Under the pieces are notes generated by a model. That model saw nothing but the letters and a program-made list of their open reading frames with translations. It made no database searches and had not been told where the DNA came from. A stretch of 64,000 bases of DNA from contig CBDBOV010000001.1 of assembly GCA_965208575.1 (NCBI GenBank), positions 224,001-288,000 of the forward strand. Reading direction: 5' to 3'. How positions within the stretch are numbered: the stretch's first letter is position 1; each line of letters begins with the position of its first letter. The DNA is from Spirochaetia bacterium. Its GTDB lineage: Bacteria; Spirochaetota; Spirochaetia; SZUA-6; Bin103. The position numbers and the translations under genes are program-made. Below, in pieces: positions 40,945 to 55,018 of the stretch.

Positions 40945-41277
40945 TCAATCCGGGGGCGGGCGGTCGCGCGCCGACACGATCAGTTCGTCCACGGTGCAGC
41001 CGGTTACCTCGCACCACATGTCGCAGATCCGCCGCATCAGGTCGACGCGCACTTCCTGTTCACAACCCGGCGGTATTGATCCGCGCACCAGCGACGTGGT
41101 GGAGATCTCGCCGCCGCGAAAGCCGTAGCCGTGCGGAATTACCTCGAACTCCACCGCCACGCGGTCCGGCGAGCCGCCGAGCACGTCGGTGGCGATCTCC
41201 GCCAACCGCGACCGCAACGCCGGCCACAGACCCTGCTCCACCGCCCGCTCCTGTACAATGCACCTGAAACTGATCAC
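40945..41277 (-). CDS. Tautomerase-like protein lacking Pro-1
   Basis: Duplicated beta-alpha-beta pattern (LMRRICDMWCEVTGC..DELIVS); immediately upstream of the tautomerase gene. Confidence 0.6.
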   Translation of the reverse strand: MISFRCIVQERAVEQGLWPALRSRLAEIATDVLGGSPDRVAVEFEVIPHGYGFRGGEISTTSLVRGSIPPGCEQEVRVDLMRRICDMWCEVTGCTVDELIVSARDRPPPD

Positions 41278-41361
41278 CCTGATTCGTCCGTTCCGCCAAA
41301 ACCTACCACGGCACTCGCGTGCCGTGCACCTCTCCTGGCGCCACTCGCGTCATTCAGGATC

Positions 41362-41571
41362 TCATCGGCGCATCTGCTCCCGCTCCAATCGCGCTCCCCG
41401 CAACTCGGCCTGCCAATCGCGCAACTCGGACTGCAAGTCGCGCAACTCGCACTGCAAGTGGCCCAACTCGTGGCGGAACTCCAGGCGAAGCCCCTGGCAC
41501 AGCGCAACGAACATGACGGAGAGGACTATCGTCATGGCGATGATTGCCACGAGTTCTACGCTGATGCTCAC
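41362..41571 (-). CDS. Small membrane-anchored coiled-coil protein, possibly degenerate
   Basis: Transmembrane-like ELVAIIAMTIVLSVMFVAL followed by 21-bp heptad repeats (LQCELRD/LQSELRD/WQAELRG). Confidence 0.5.
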   Translation of the reverse strand: MSISVELVAIIAMTIVLSVMFVALCQGLRLEFRHELGHLQCELRDLQSELRDWQAELRGARLEREQMRR

Positions 41572-41802
41572 CAACCGGTGCCTCCTGTCGACTTGCCGCT
41601 CGTACCGAAACAAGCGCCGAGACGCGGTGGATGGTGCTGCGCCGACGCTCCACTGACTTCAATCTCAAGGCGGCACGCCGGCTGTGCGCTCACGGACTCG
41701 TCTGTCCATGTGCCGCCACAGTCGCGATCTTACCGTGCGTCGGGCCGGCTGTCACTCGGCTGCACCGCCGTATCGCCGTAGCCACGTCAGGCCGGGTGCG
41801 GG

Positions 41803-46190
<4,388 letters not shown>

Positions 46191-46194
<4 letters not shown>

Positions 46195-46640
46195 GCGCTC
46201 GGCTCCGAACCCGCCGCCGCCACCGGGTTCCACACGCGCGAGAATCCGAACTCTGCGAAGTGCCGCGTGTTCGCGGTAGCCAACTCGGTGACCCCGTGAT
46301 GGCGCAGGGTCAGCGCCAATCGGGTATCGATGATCTTGCGCCGTGCGAACCCGGCGCTGCCCGCGCGCCGCCATACGTCGCCCATCACCGGGGCGCACTC
46401 GACCAGGCGCCAACGCGCGTTGTTGCGGTAGCGAGTGCACACGGCGGCCGCCTCCGTGGCGCCGAGCGGACGGGAGACGATCGCCGCACTGCGCAAGACC
46501 AGGTACAGCTCGATCAGCACCAGCTCGCAGATGACGATTTCGCGATCCCGGCATTGGCTGACGAACGCTCGGGCGGCGTCGTGTTGCAGGGCGCGGGTGT
46601 TCTGCGCGTACACCAGCAGGTTGGTGTCGATGGACAGCAC
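46191..46640 (-). CDS. vapC: VapC-type PIN domain toxin
   Basis: IDTNLLVYA, ELY, IIDTRLA and LATANTRHF motifs. Confidence 0.88.
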
Positions 46641-46644
46641 GCGG

Positions 46645-46887
46645 TCAACCGTCCCCGGCGGGGTCGTTCACGATCAGCCGCCAATCCTCCTCCGGCGCCC
46701 TGAATGGGCCGAGGTCGCTTGGCTCCGGCGGACACCACGGCTCCTCGTTCGCAACCGGCGGGTACACCTGCGTGATGTACTCGACGCCGCGGCGTACCAC
46801 CTCCGCCAGCGACATCTCCCGCTCGCGTGCTACCCGCTTCACTTCCTCGTACAGCGCATCGGGAAGCTGGACCTGCGTCCGCACCAT
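46645..46887 (-). CDS. vapB: Ribbon-helix-helix antitoxin
   Basis: [35 protein letters not shown], directly upstream of the PIN gene. Confidence 0.85.
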   Translation of the reverse strand: MVRTQVQLPDALYEEVKRVAREREMSLAEVVRRGVEYITQVYPPVANEEPWCPPEPSDLGPFRAPEEDWRLIVNDPAGDG

Positions 46888-46906
46888 GCCATCATTTTAG
46901 CATGAT
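46888..46906 (-). promoter_or_regulatory. Extended -10 and putative operator for vapB
   Basis: TGcTAAAAT lies 6 nt before the ATG, inside the palindrome atcat-N6-atgat. Confidence 0.5.
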
Positions 46907-46954
46907 TACATTTATACATCGACATACCCGCGTTGCATCCGTTGGTGCGCGCGC

Positions 46955-46982
46955 TTGACACGGGGCGGGAGTGCAATATGGT
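46955..46982 (+). promoter_or_regulatory. Putative sigma70 promoter of the sugar ABC operon
   Basis: TTGACA-16 nt-TATGGT upstream of a GAGGAGG RBS. Confidence 0.45.
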
Positions 46983-47015
46983 GGGGTACCACAAGCACAT
47001 TCAGAGGAGGCAGAC

Positions 47016-48347
47016 ATGTCCCGAAATGCTCGAACCGGTATCGCTCTCGCGGCGGTGTTGATCCTGGCCGCGCCGGTGTTGTGGGCCGGCGGCCGCGGGG
47101 AGGGCAGCGTGCCCGAGGGGCCGGCGGAGATCGTCGCCTGGCTGCGCGGCGGTCCCGGCGGCGTGGAGTGGTTCGAACGCAACGCCCAGGAGTACATGGA
47201 GGCGCATCCGCAGGTGACGCTGCGCATGGAGCACCAGGGCGGCAGCCACTCCGACTACGGCGCCAAGCTGCGGCTGTCGCACCGCGCGGGAACCGGACCC
47301 GACATCATCCACGAGCCGCACGACGTCAACCTGACGTCGCTCATGTCCGCCGGGTTCACCGCGCCCGCGCCGGACTACATCGTGGCGATCATCGAAGAGG
47401 AGACGATTGCCCAGAACGCGCTGATGTTCCAGCACCTCGACGGCGATCCGGAGAAGCCGATCCACGCGGCCCTGATCACCTGGCAGTGCCAGCAGTATCT
47501 CTATAACCGCGACTACCTGGCGGAGGCCGGGCTCCCCGAGCGCGGCGCCGTGGACCGGGACGAGTTCCGCGACTGGGCCAGGAAGCTCACCGTACGCGAC
47601 GCCAACGGCAACATGGTGCGCGCCGGCTACACGTTCAAGATGCCCAACCCGCACTGGCACATGTCGCCGTGGGTGTTCGGCGCCGGCGGCACCTACCTGA
47701 ACGCGGATCAGACCGCCGCCGCGGTGACCACGCCGGAGGGCCGCGCCGCCTGGGAGCGCGCCATGAAGTACATCTACGACATCACCTGGGAGGACGGTTC
47801 GGGCGACTTCGGCGCGGGCAATCCGCGCGAGCTGTTCTGGAACGGCGACGTGGCCATCCACGCCGAGGGCATCTACGAGATCGCCCACCTGCACCGCAAC
47901 GCGCCGGAGCTCGACTACATCCTGGACAACATCCCCAAGGACACCTACTCCAGCCCGGTGTGCGCGGTCGGCGGCATCTCGGTGTCCAGCAAGTCCGAGA
48001 ACCCGGAGGTGGCGTGGGACTTTCTGCGCTTCTCGCTGCAGCCGGAGCGCCACAAGACGCTGTTCGATCCCAAGAGCGAGAGCCAGCTTTCGCCCTACAA
48101 GACCACGGCGGAACTGGTGGCGCACGATCATCCGGCGTGGGAAACGTTCCTGCAGCAGCCCAACCGCCGCCTGCGCATGCAGGGCCTGGGCGCCAACGAG
48201 GCGTGGCAGGAGGTGGGGCGCGCGGTGGAGGCGTACCTGTCGCAGGCGAAGAGCCTGGACCAGAGCCTGGACGACCTGGCCGCCGCGTTCGAGAAGATCA
48301 TGGAGGATCGTCCGATCCGGGAGCTGCCGATCACCTACGAGGAGTAA
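47016..48347 (+). CDS. Carbohydrate ABC transporter substrate-binding protein
   Basis: Signal peptide ending VLWAGG; GTGPDII, YLYNRDYLAEAGL and KSENPEVAWDFLRF; upstream of two permeases. Confidence 0.88.
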   Translation: MSRNARTGIALAAVLILAAPVLWAGGRGEGSVPEGPAEIVAWLRGGPGGVEWFERNAQEYMEAHPQVTLRMEHQGGSHSDYGAKLRLSHRAGTGPDIIHEPHDVNLTSLMSAGFTAPAPDYIVAIIEEETIAQNALMFQHLDGDPEKPIHAALITWQCQQYLYNRDYLAEAGLPERGAVDRDEFRDWARKLTVRDANGNMVRAGYTFKMPNPHWHMSPWVFGAGGTYLNADQTAAAVTTPEGRAAWERAMKYIYDITWEDGSGDFGAGNPRELFWNGDVAIHAEGIYEIAHLHRNAPELDYILDNIPKDTYSSPVCAVGGISVSSKSENPEVAWDFLRFSLQPERHKTLFDPKSESQLSPYKTTAELVAHDHPAWETFLQQPNRRLRMQGLGANEAWQEVGRAVEAYLSQAKSLDQSLDDLAAAFEKIMEDRPIRELPITYEE

Positions 48348-48583
48348 CAGGCAGTACGGCGGCTCTGTGGCACCGAGGCCCATGAACGCCCGCATCCGCT
48401 CACCGTTCGAGTGGGCCTGCGTTCTCGGATCAGGCACGGTGACTCCGTGACCCCGACCCGGCCGCGCGGCCCGATGGCCGCGCGGCGCCAATCGGAATGC
48501 GCCGCCGGCCTCCGGAGCCGGTGCCGTGCGGCGCCGATGAGCGGGCGGCGCGGGCCTTCGGGCGCGCGCTGCTGCGAGCGACG

Positions 48584-49507
48584 ATGAGCACTGCCGTCAG
48601 ACACGACCGCAGCCGCCGCCTGAACCGGGAGCTGATCACTACCTGGGTGATCGTGGCGGTGCTGATGGCGTACTTCGCGTTGCGCCACTTCTATCCCACC
48701 CTGTTCGCGTTCTTCGTCAGCTTCAACAAGTACGACCTGCTGACCGGCGCGTTCTCGTTCGTCGGCATCGACAACTACATCGACACGTTCACCGACCAGC
48801 GCTCGCTGAGGTCGATCGCCAACACCTCGATCTACGTGGTGGGCAACGTGGTCGGCGACACCCTGCTGGGGCTGATCTTCGCCCTGCTCCTGGACCGCCT
48901 GGGCAGGGGCTCGGTGGTGCTGCGCACGATCTACTTCATGCCGGTGGTGGTGTCGGTGGTGGCGCTGTCGCAACTGTGGATCTGGATCTACCACCGCGAC
49001 CTGGGCCTGCTGAACTGGGCGCTGTCGATGGTCGGGATCGGCAAGATCGGCTGGCTGGTGGACACCCGCTACGCGCTGTCCTCGATCATCATCATGAACG
49101 TGTGGCGCGAGATGGGGTTTGCGCTGGTGATCTTCATGGCCGGCCTGAAGACGATACCCGAGCACTTCTACGACGCCGCCCGGGTGGACGGGGCAAGCGC
49201 CTGGCAGGTGGCGCGCCGGGTGACGATTCCGCTGCTGACGCCGATCACGCTGCTGGTGGTGGTGGTCAACACCATCGGCGCGTTCAAGGTGTTCACCCAG
49301 GTGTTCGTGATGGGCCAGCAGGGCGGCACCTACTTCGGCGGGCCGATGAACAGCACGCTGACCATCGTGCTGAAGATCTACGAGACCTCGTTCACGGACT
49401 TCCGGATCGGGGTCGGCCAGTCGCTCGCGTTCGTGCTGACCGCCATCGTGGTGGTGATCACCACCATTCAGCGCAAGGCGTTCAAGCGCTTCGACTATGA
49501 CTACTGA
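48584..49507 (+). CDS. Carbohydrate ABC transporter permease (MalF-like)
   Basis: FVGIDNY; EAA motif FYDAARVDGAS; multiple transmembrane segments. Confidence 0.92.
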   Translation: MSTAVRHDRSRRLNRELITTWVIVAVLMAYFALRHFYPTLFAFFVSFNKYDLLTGAFSFVGIDNYIDTFTDQRSLRSIANTSIYVVGNVVGDTLLGLIFALLLDRLGRGSVVLRTIYFMPVVVSVVALSQLWIWIYHRDLGLLNWALSMVGIGKIGWLVDTRYALSSIIIMNVWREMGFALVIFMAGLKTIPEHFYDAARVDGASAWQVARRVTIPLLTPITLLVVVVNTIGAFKVFTQVFVMGQQGGTYFGGPMNSTLTIVLKIYETSFTDFRIGVGQSLAFVLTAIVVVITTIQRKAFKRFDYDY

Positions 49508-49510
49508 GCG

Positions 49511-50386
49511 ATGAGCACCGAGATCCCCCGCTTCGACGATGTCTCCCGGGCCGCGGTCGTGGGACGCGCCGCGATCTCGCCGGTGCGGATGATCGTGTAC
49601 CTGGTGCTGGGCGTGGTGGCGGTGATCTACATCACGCCGTTCTACTGGATGATCGCCTCGGCCATCAAACCGCAGAGCGAGATGTTCAAGTTCCCGCCCA
49701 CGCTGATCCCGCAAACGGTCACGCTGGACAACTTCCTGCGCGTGTTCGAGGTGATTCCGCTGGGGCGGGCGTACTGGAATACGTTCTACACCACGCTCTA
49801 CATCGTGGTGTGTCAGCTCCTGTTCTGCTCGGTGGCCGGCTACATCTTCGAGAAAGGGCGGTTCCGGTTCCGGGAGCTGTGCTTCACGCTGATCCTGGTC
49901 ACCATGATCATCCCGTTCCAGTCGGAGATGGTGCCGCTGTTCCTGCTGATGAGCGACCTGGGGCTGGTGGACACCCACGCCGCCATCGTGCTGCCGTCGA
50001 TCATCACGCCGTTCGCGGTGTTCTTCTTCCGGCAGAACGTGAAGAGCATTCCCGACGACCTGCTGGACGCGGCCCGCATCGACGGCAGCGGCGTGCTCGG
50101 GCGCTACTGGCACGTGGTGGTGCCGAACATCAAGCCGGCCATCGGCACCATTACCATCTTCGCCTTCCTGGGGGCCTGGAACAACTTCCTGTGGCCGCTG
50201 ATCATCCTCAACTCGCGCAAGAAGATGCTGATCGAGCAGGTGCTGTCGGTGCTGACCGCGGAGTTCGCCCAGGAGCCGGCGGCGCGCATGGCGGCGGCGA
50301 CCATGGCGGTGGTGCCGATCCTGCTGGTGTTCTTCTTCTCGCAGCGCTACTTCGTGCGCGGCATCGCCCTCACCGGCCTGAAGTAG
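49511..50386 (+). CDS. Carbohydrate ABC transporter permease (MalG-like)
   Basis: IPDDLLDAARIDG, WNNFLWPLI and QRYFVRGI motifs. Confidence 0.93.
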   Translation: MSTEIPRFDDVSRAAVVGRAAISPVRMIVYLVLGVVAVIYITPFYWMIASAIKPQSEMFKFPPTLIPQTVTLDNFLRVFEVIPLGRAYWNTFYTTLYIVVCQLLFCSVAGYIFEKGRFRFRELCFTLILVTMIIPFQSEMVPLFLLMSDLGLVDTHAAIVLPSIITPFAVFFFRQNVKSIPDDLLDAARIDGSGVLGRYWHVVVPNIKPAIGTITIFAFLGAWNNFLWPLIILNSRKKMLIEQVLSVLTAEFAQEPAARMAAATMAVVPILLVFFFSQRYFVRGIALTGLK

Positions 50387-50484
50387 CGCCGCGCCCGCGC
50401 GGCGCGCCGGCGGACCGCATCGCCCGAACCGGCGGCGTACCACGTGCGACGCGGGACGGCGGCGGGTGGTAGGATCGGCGGCGA

Positions 50485-51460
50485 ATGGTACGGGTGGCGA
50501 TGATCGGGGCGGGCAGGATGGCGAACAGCGTGCATTATCCGTCGCTGGCTTCGTTCGACGACGTGGAGTTCGCTTCGGTGTGCGACCTGGACGAGGAACG
50601 GCTGGCCGCCACCGCGGACCGGTACGGCATCGAGCGGCGCTATACCGACTACCGCCGCATGGTGGAAGAGGTAGCACCCGACGGCGTATACGCGATCGGG
50701 CAGCCGAACATCATGTTCGACGTCTGGATCTGGTGCCTGCAGCAGGGCCTGAACCTGTACATCGAGAAGCCGATGGGCTTGAGCCGCCACCAGGCGATCG
50801 TGCTCGCGGACCTGGCCGAGAAGCGGGGCGTGATCACCCAGGTCAACCACCAGCGGCGCAGCGCACCGCTCCTGGTGCGGATGCGCGACGAGTGCCTGCG
50901 GCGCGGCCCGATTACCCACGCGGTGTGCGAGTTCTTCAAGTGCGAGCCGGTGCCGCGCTACCACACGCGCGACCACATGATGGACGACTGCACCCACTCG
51001 ATCGACACGGTGCGCTGGATGTGCGGCGGCGAGGTGACCGGCGTGGACAGCCGTTGCCGGCGCATCGGCACGCCGGACATCAACTGGATCGGCGCCATGC
51101 TGCACTTCGACAACGGCGCCACCGGATTCGTGATCAACAGTTGGACCAGCGGGCGGCGCGTGTTCCGGGTACAGATGCATGCCCCTTCCGTGTATGTCGA
51201 CGCCGAGGTGGAGGGTACGGCGAGGCTGTACGCCGACGGCGACCGCGAGGGAGCGGCCTACGACACGCGGGCGGTCGCCGGCAGCGACGAACGGTTCGTG
51301 TATGGTGGCCACCGCGCCAAGAACCGCGAGTTCATCGACTCGATCAAGAGACTCGATCAAGAGCGGCCGCGACGTGACCACCTCGCCCTTTCGCGACTGC
51401 ATCAAGACCATGGACGTAGCCGAACGCATCCTGGCCCGCGCCACCCTGGCCGGCGAGTGA
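50485..51460 (+). pseudogene. Gfo/Idh/MocA oxidoreductase frameshifted near the 3' end by a 13-bp duplication
   Basis: IGAGRMA and IEKPM motifs; ACTCGATCAAGAG occurs twice at 51338-51363. The plausible native tail (SGRDVTTSPFRDCIKTMDVAERIL, stop 51460) is in another frame; as written the ORF runs to 51495. Confidence 0.75.
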
Positions 51461-51475
51461 TTTCGGGCGGCTCCA

Positions 51476-51699
51476 ATCAAGTACCCGTAAAGTAAAATAA
51501 ATACTTATCTGGTAAATGGCTACGTCGCATCCGAGGGGTCTGGTCAACTTCTCAGTCAAGTAAACCTGGGGCTATCACGACCGGTGTCGCGCGAGACCAC
51601 GGAGGAGTCTCGATCAAGTACCCGTCAAGTAAACTAATTCGTTATATAATAACGATATATACAAGTTAATGAGGGTCTGGTCACGGCACCGATCAAGTA
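51476..51699. repeat. Two degenerate ~88-bp AT-rich direct repeats (period 137) rich in TCAAGTA
   Basis: atcaagtacccgt(a/c)aagtaaa...ggggtctggtca/agggtctggtca...tcaagta at 51476-51563 and 51613-51699. Confidence 0.75.
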
Positions 51700-51708
51700 G
51701 AATCGGCA

Positions 51709-52790
51709 CTATAAGGCTTTCGACTGCTCCGACGATGCCCAGAACGGTATGTACTCGCGGTTCTTGAGCGACGCCTCGGGAAGCCGGATGGAGACGAGGC
51801 CAGACTCGACCGCCTCACGGATCAGGCGTGATGCCATCGCCCGGTTCTTCTCATCGATTCCGAACCGCTTGCGAATCGACGTGTTGGTCATGCTCCCTCT
51901 CTGTACGTACTTCAGGCAGGCATGCAGGTAGCAGGCGCGTTCGCGTTCACTCTTGTCCATATCGGCCAGGGCCTTGTGGGCGAACAAGACCACCCGTGTG
52001 AAGTTCGGAGGAGTCTCGAAGAGTGGTGCCGGAAGCTGGTGGCGTTCTATCTCGAATACCACCTTGTCGATGCCGCTGCCACGCTCCTCGCAGATCCGGA
52101 AGCGACGCATGAGCGAGGCAAGGACCTCGTTGCGAGACCGCGGCGGGCTGTCGAGGAAGCGTTGCGTATCCAACAGCGGCTCACCAGGGTTTGTGATCTC
52201 GATGCGGCCTGGGAAGACCTCGACCATCGGCCCGGTGCCGGTCGCCAGGAAATCCTGGTGGATCAAGGCATTGGCCACCAGTTCCCTCACCGCGATCTCC
52301 GGGAACGCCGGCACGGTCTGCCGGAGTGCTTGGCCGATAATCTCGCTTTCCGGCAGCCTGGCGTTGATGTAGCCGACCAGATTCTTGAAGCCTGCTGCGT
52401 AGCCTCTGAAGCCTTCCCGTTCCTTCAGCGTCTCAGTACGGCCCGAGCCACGGTACTCGATCACTCGAACGGCCTTACGTTCCAACGACCGAAAGTCGCC
52501 GAGATTACGGGCCAGCAGCATGGCGCCCAGATTGGTGATGTCGAAGCCGCCGGCCGCGCTGGGAGCGATCAACCGATCCTGCTGGAGCACATCAAGGATA
52601 GCGGCGTGGCCGTCCGGCAGCGGCGTATCGAGCAGCTCGAAGTACGCGGGGTAGTCGAGCTTGGTTAGGACGTTCTCACCGCTCAGCCGCTCGGCCGCGA
52701 TGCCGTCTTCGAAGCCCACGCGATCGAACACCCGCCACAGAGCCCGTTCCTTCTCCGGGAATTCCTTGAGCTCCCTCTTGGCACCACAAC
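51709..52790 (-). pseudogene. 5'-truncated ATP-binding/regulator protein (HATPase_c_4-like + winged HTH; N-terminal AlbA/Schlafen-like domain missing)
   Basis: FPEIAVRELVANALIHQDF, RIEITNPG, RNEVLASLMRRFRICEERGSGIDKV and MTNTSIRKRFGI motifs; no start or N-terminal domain before the sulfatase stop; lower GC. Confidence 0.75.
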
Positions 52791-52826
52791 GCGAACCCCG
52801 CTGGCGCATGGACAGGGCCGCGTGGG

Positions 52827-54239
52827 TCAGTCGTAGACGGCGCGGACCCAGGGGTCGCCGGTGGGTACGGGGAGCAGGGTGCGGGGGTTGTCGACGCGGC
52901 CGGCGGGGCGGCAGCCGGAGCCGGTGATGGCGGTGCGGGCGTCGCCGAGGTCGTCGCGGGCGGCGTCGGCGCGGTCCTGCAGTTCGCGCACCACCGCGGG
53001 GTGGCGGGTGAACAGGTTGGTGGTCTCGCCGGCGTCGGCGTCCAGGTCGTACAGCTCGTCCTTGTCCAGGTGCAGCTTCCAGCGCCCGGCGCGGATGGCG
53101 TCGAGGCTGCGGGTGCCGGCGCCGTAGTACAGGAACTGCTCGTGCGGGGTGGCGGCGCCGGGCTCGCCGGTGAGCAGCGGGCCGATGTCGGCGCCGTCGA
53201 CGATGCGGTCGCGCGGCTCGCCGGTGCCGGCCATGCGGGCCAGGGTGGGCAGCAGGTCGAGCGTGCAGCACAGTTCGTCGCAGGTGGCGCCGGACGGCAC
53301 CAGGCCCGGCCCCCAGGCGATGAACGGTTCGCGCATGCCGCCCTCCCAGGTGCTGCCCTTGCCGCCGCGCAGCGGCCGGTTGCTGCCGACGCCGCCGCGG
53401 CTCAGGCGCATGGCGTCCACGCCGCCGGGGGTGCGCGGCACGCCGGCGCCGTTGTCGGAGGTGAACAGCACGATGGTGTTGTCGTCGAGCCCGAGGTCGC
53501 GCAGCGTGTCGAGAATGGCCCCGGTGGTGAAGTCGAGGTGGGACACGGCGGCGCCGTACGGGCCGTTGCGGGACGCGGCGTGGTAGTTCATCGGGGTGTA
53601 GATCGGCACGTGCACGTACATGTGCGCGAGGTACAGGAAGAACGGCCGGTCGCGGTTGTCGTGGATGAAGCGCAGCGCGTCGACCAGGTAGCGGTCGGTG
53701 AGGGACACCTGGTTGGGGTCGGTTTCCACCACCTTGTCCCGGCGCATCAGCATGAGGGGCGGAAACGGCTTCTGGCCCGGGATGCGCAGGTCGGGCAGCA
53801 TGTCGTTGCTGTAGGGGAGGCCGAAGTAGTCGTCGAAGCCGTGCCGGTCGGGCAGGAACTCGGGCTGGTCGCCGAGGTGCCACTTGCCCACGATCTTGGT
53901 GGCGTAGCCCTGCCCGCGCAGCAGGGCGGCGATGGTCACCTCGTCGGGGGACAGCCCGATCGGGTCGCCGGGCAGCAGGACCACGAAGGTCTCCCCGCTG
54001 TCGAGCCCGACGCGCTTCGGGTAGCAGCCGGTGAGCAATCCGGCCCGCGACGGCGAGCACACCGGCGAGGGCACGTAGAAGCTGGTGAAGCGGGTGCCCT
54101 CCGCCGCCATGCGGTCCAGGCGCGGCGTGTCATGGTCGCGCGACCCGTAGCAGCCCAGGTCGCCGTAGCCGAGGTCGTCGCAGAAGATGACCACGAAGTT
54201 GGGGGTGCGCGGTTGATCGGAACCGGATTGCTGCGCCAT
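52827..54239 (-). CDS. Arylsulfatase-family sulfatase
   Basis: PNFVVIFCDDLGYGD, CSPSRAGLLTG (CxPxR), GKWHLG, FTSDNG and ELYDLDAD.GE..NL motifs. Confidence 0.94.
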   Translation of the reverse strand: MAQQSGSDQPRTPNFVVIFCDDLGYGDLGCYGSRDHDTPRLDRMAAEGTRFTSFYVPSPVCSPSRAGLLTGCYPKRVGLDSGETFVVLLPGDPIGLSPDEVTIAALLRGQGYATKIVGKWHLGDQPEFLPDRHGFDDYFGLPYSNDMLPDLRIPGQKPFPPLMLMRRDKVVETDPNQVSLTDRYLVDALRFIHDNRDRPFFLYLAHMYVHVPIYTPMNYHAASRNGPYGAAVSHLDFTTGAILDTLRDLGLDDNTIVLFTSDNGAGVPRTPGGVDAMRLSRGGVGSNRPLRGGKGSTWEGGMREPFIAWGPGLVPSGATCDELCCTLDLLPTLARMAGTGEPRDRIVDGADIGPLLTGEPGAATPHEQFLYYGAGTRSLDAIRAGRWKLHLDKDELYDLDADAGETTNLFTRHPAVVRELQDRADAARDDLGDARTAITGSGCRPAGRVDNPRTLLPVPTGDPWVRAVYD

Positions 54240-54347
54240 GCGGCCTCCTGTCGCGGCCGATGGGGAACACCGGCTGCACCGAAGTGCGTCGCCGGCTTGA
54301 CCACTGGCTGCCATGCGCCGAGCCTACCACATGGAGTCCGTGGCACG

Positions 54348-54379
54348 GAGCGGGCGAGCGGGCGAGCGGGCGAGCGGGC
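54348..54379. repeat. 8-bp tandem repeat, 4 copies (GAGCGGGC)
   Basis: Four exact copies in the divergent sulfatase/sodC intergenic region. Confidence 0.85.
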
Positions 54380-54490
54380 CGGCGCTGCGCGCGGCGCGGC
54401 GGCGGGCGCGGTCAGCCACGACCGCCGTGGCCGCCGCGCTGTTGACTGTTTCGGACAGCTTGTCTCTAATTGATCCAGGAGGACTATCGG

Positions 54491-55018
54491 ATGGTACTCA
54501 GCAAGAGGATTCTGGCGGCGGCAGCAGTGGCGGTTGCCGCGGTAGCGGCGCCGGTCGCGGCGGTGGCCGACATGGCGGCCGCGGAGATGATCGATACCGA
54601 CGGCGCCGTAATCGGCACGGCCACGTTCGAGCAGACGCCGCACGGCGTACTGATGAACGTCGAGATAGCGGGACTGCCGCCGGGTGCGCATGGCATCCAC
54701 CTGCATGCCGTCGGCGCCTGCACGCCGGACTTCACGGCGGCAACCGGACACATCAACCCGAACGGAATGGAGCATGGCCTGCGCAATCCGGCGGGCCCGG
54801 ACAACGGCGACCTGCCCAACCTGTTCGTGCACGCCGACGGCTCCGCGCGGGCGGAGTTCTTCACCGTCCTGGTGTCGGTGTCCGGAGGCGAGATGCCGGC
54901 CCTGCTGGACGAGGACGGCTCGGCGGTGATCATCCACGAGAACCCCGACGATCACCTCACCCAGCCGATCGGCGGCGCCGGCGGGCGCATCTCCTGCGGC
55001 GTAATAGAGGCAATGTGA
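54491..55018 (+). CDS. sodC: Periplasmic Cu/Zn superoxide dismutase
   Basis: Signal peptide; HGIHLH, GHINP, GDLPNL, AVIIHENPDD and GGAGGRISCG motifs. Confidence 0.92.
   Translation: MVLSKRILAAAAVAVAAVAAPVAAVADMAAAEMIDTDGAVIGTATFEQTPHGVLMNVEIAGLPPGAHGIHLHAVGACTPDFTAATGHINPNGMEHGLRNPAGPDNGDLPNLFVHADGSARAEFFTVLVSVSGGEMPALLDEDGSAVIIHENPDDHLTQPIGGAGGRISCGVIEAM

Noticed and set aside
48348-48583. GC-rich hairpins between the SBP and permease genes (also 40140-40490 and 55020-55390)
   Set aside because: No shared repeat or recognisable RNA motif; hairpins are expected at this GC content.
51476-51699. Possible CRISPR array
   Set aside because: Only two degenerate units, no regular repeat-spacer series and no cas genes.
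51709-54060. 783-aa minus-strand ORF
   Set aside because: Chimeric: its 5' part is an alternative frame over the sulfatase, and only about 51709-52790 resembles a real protein.
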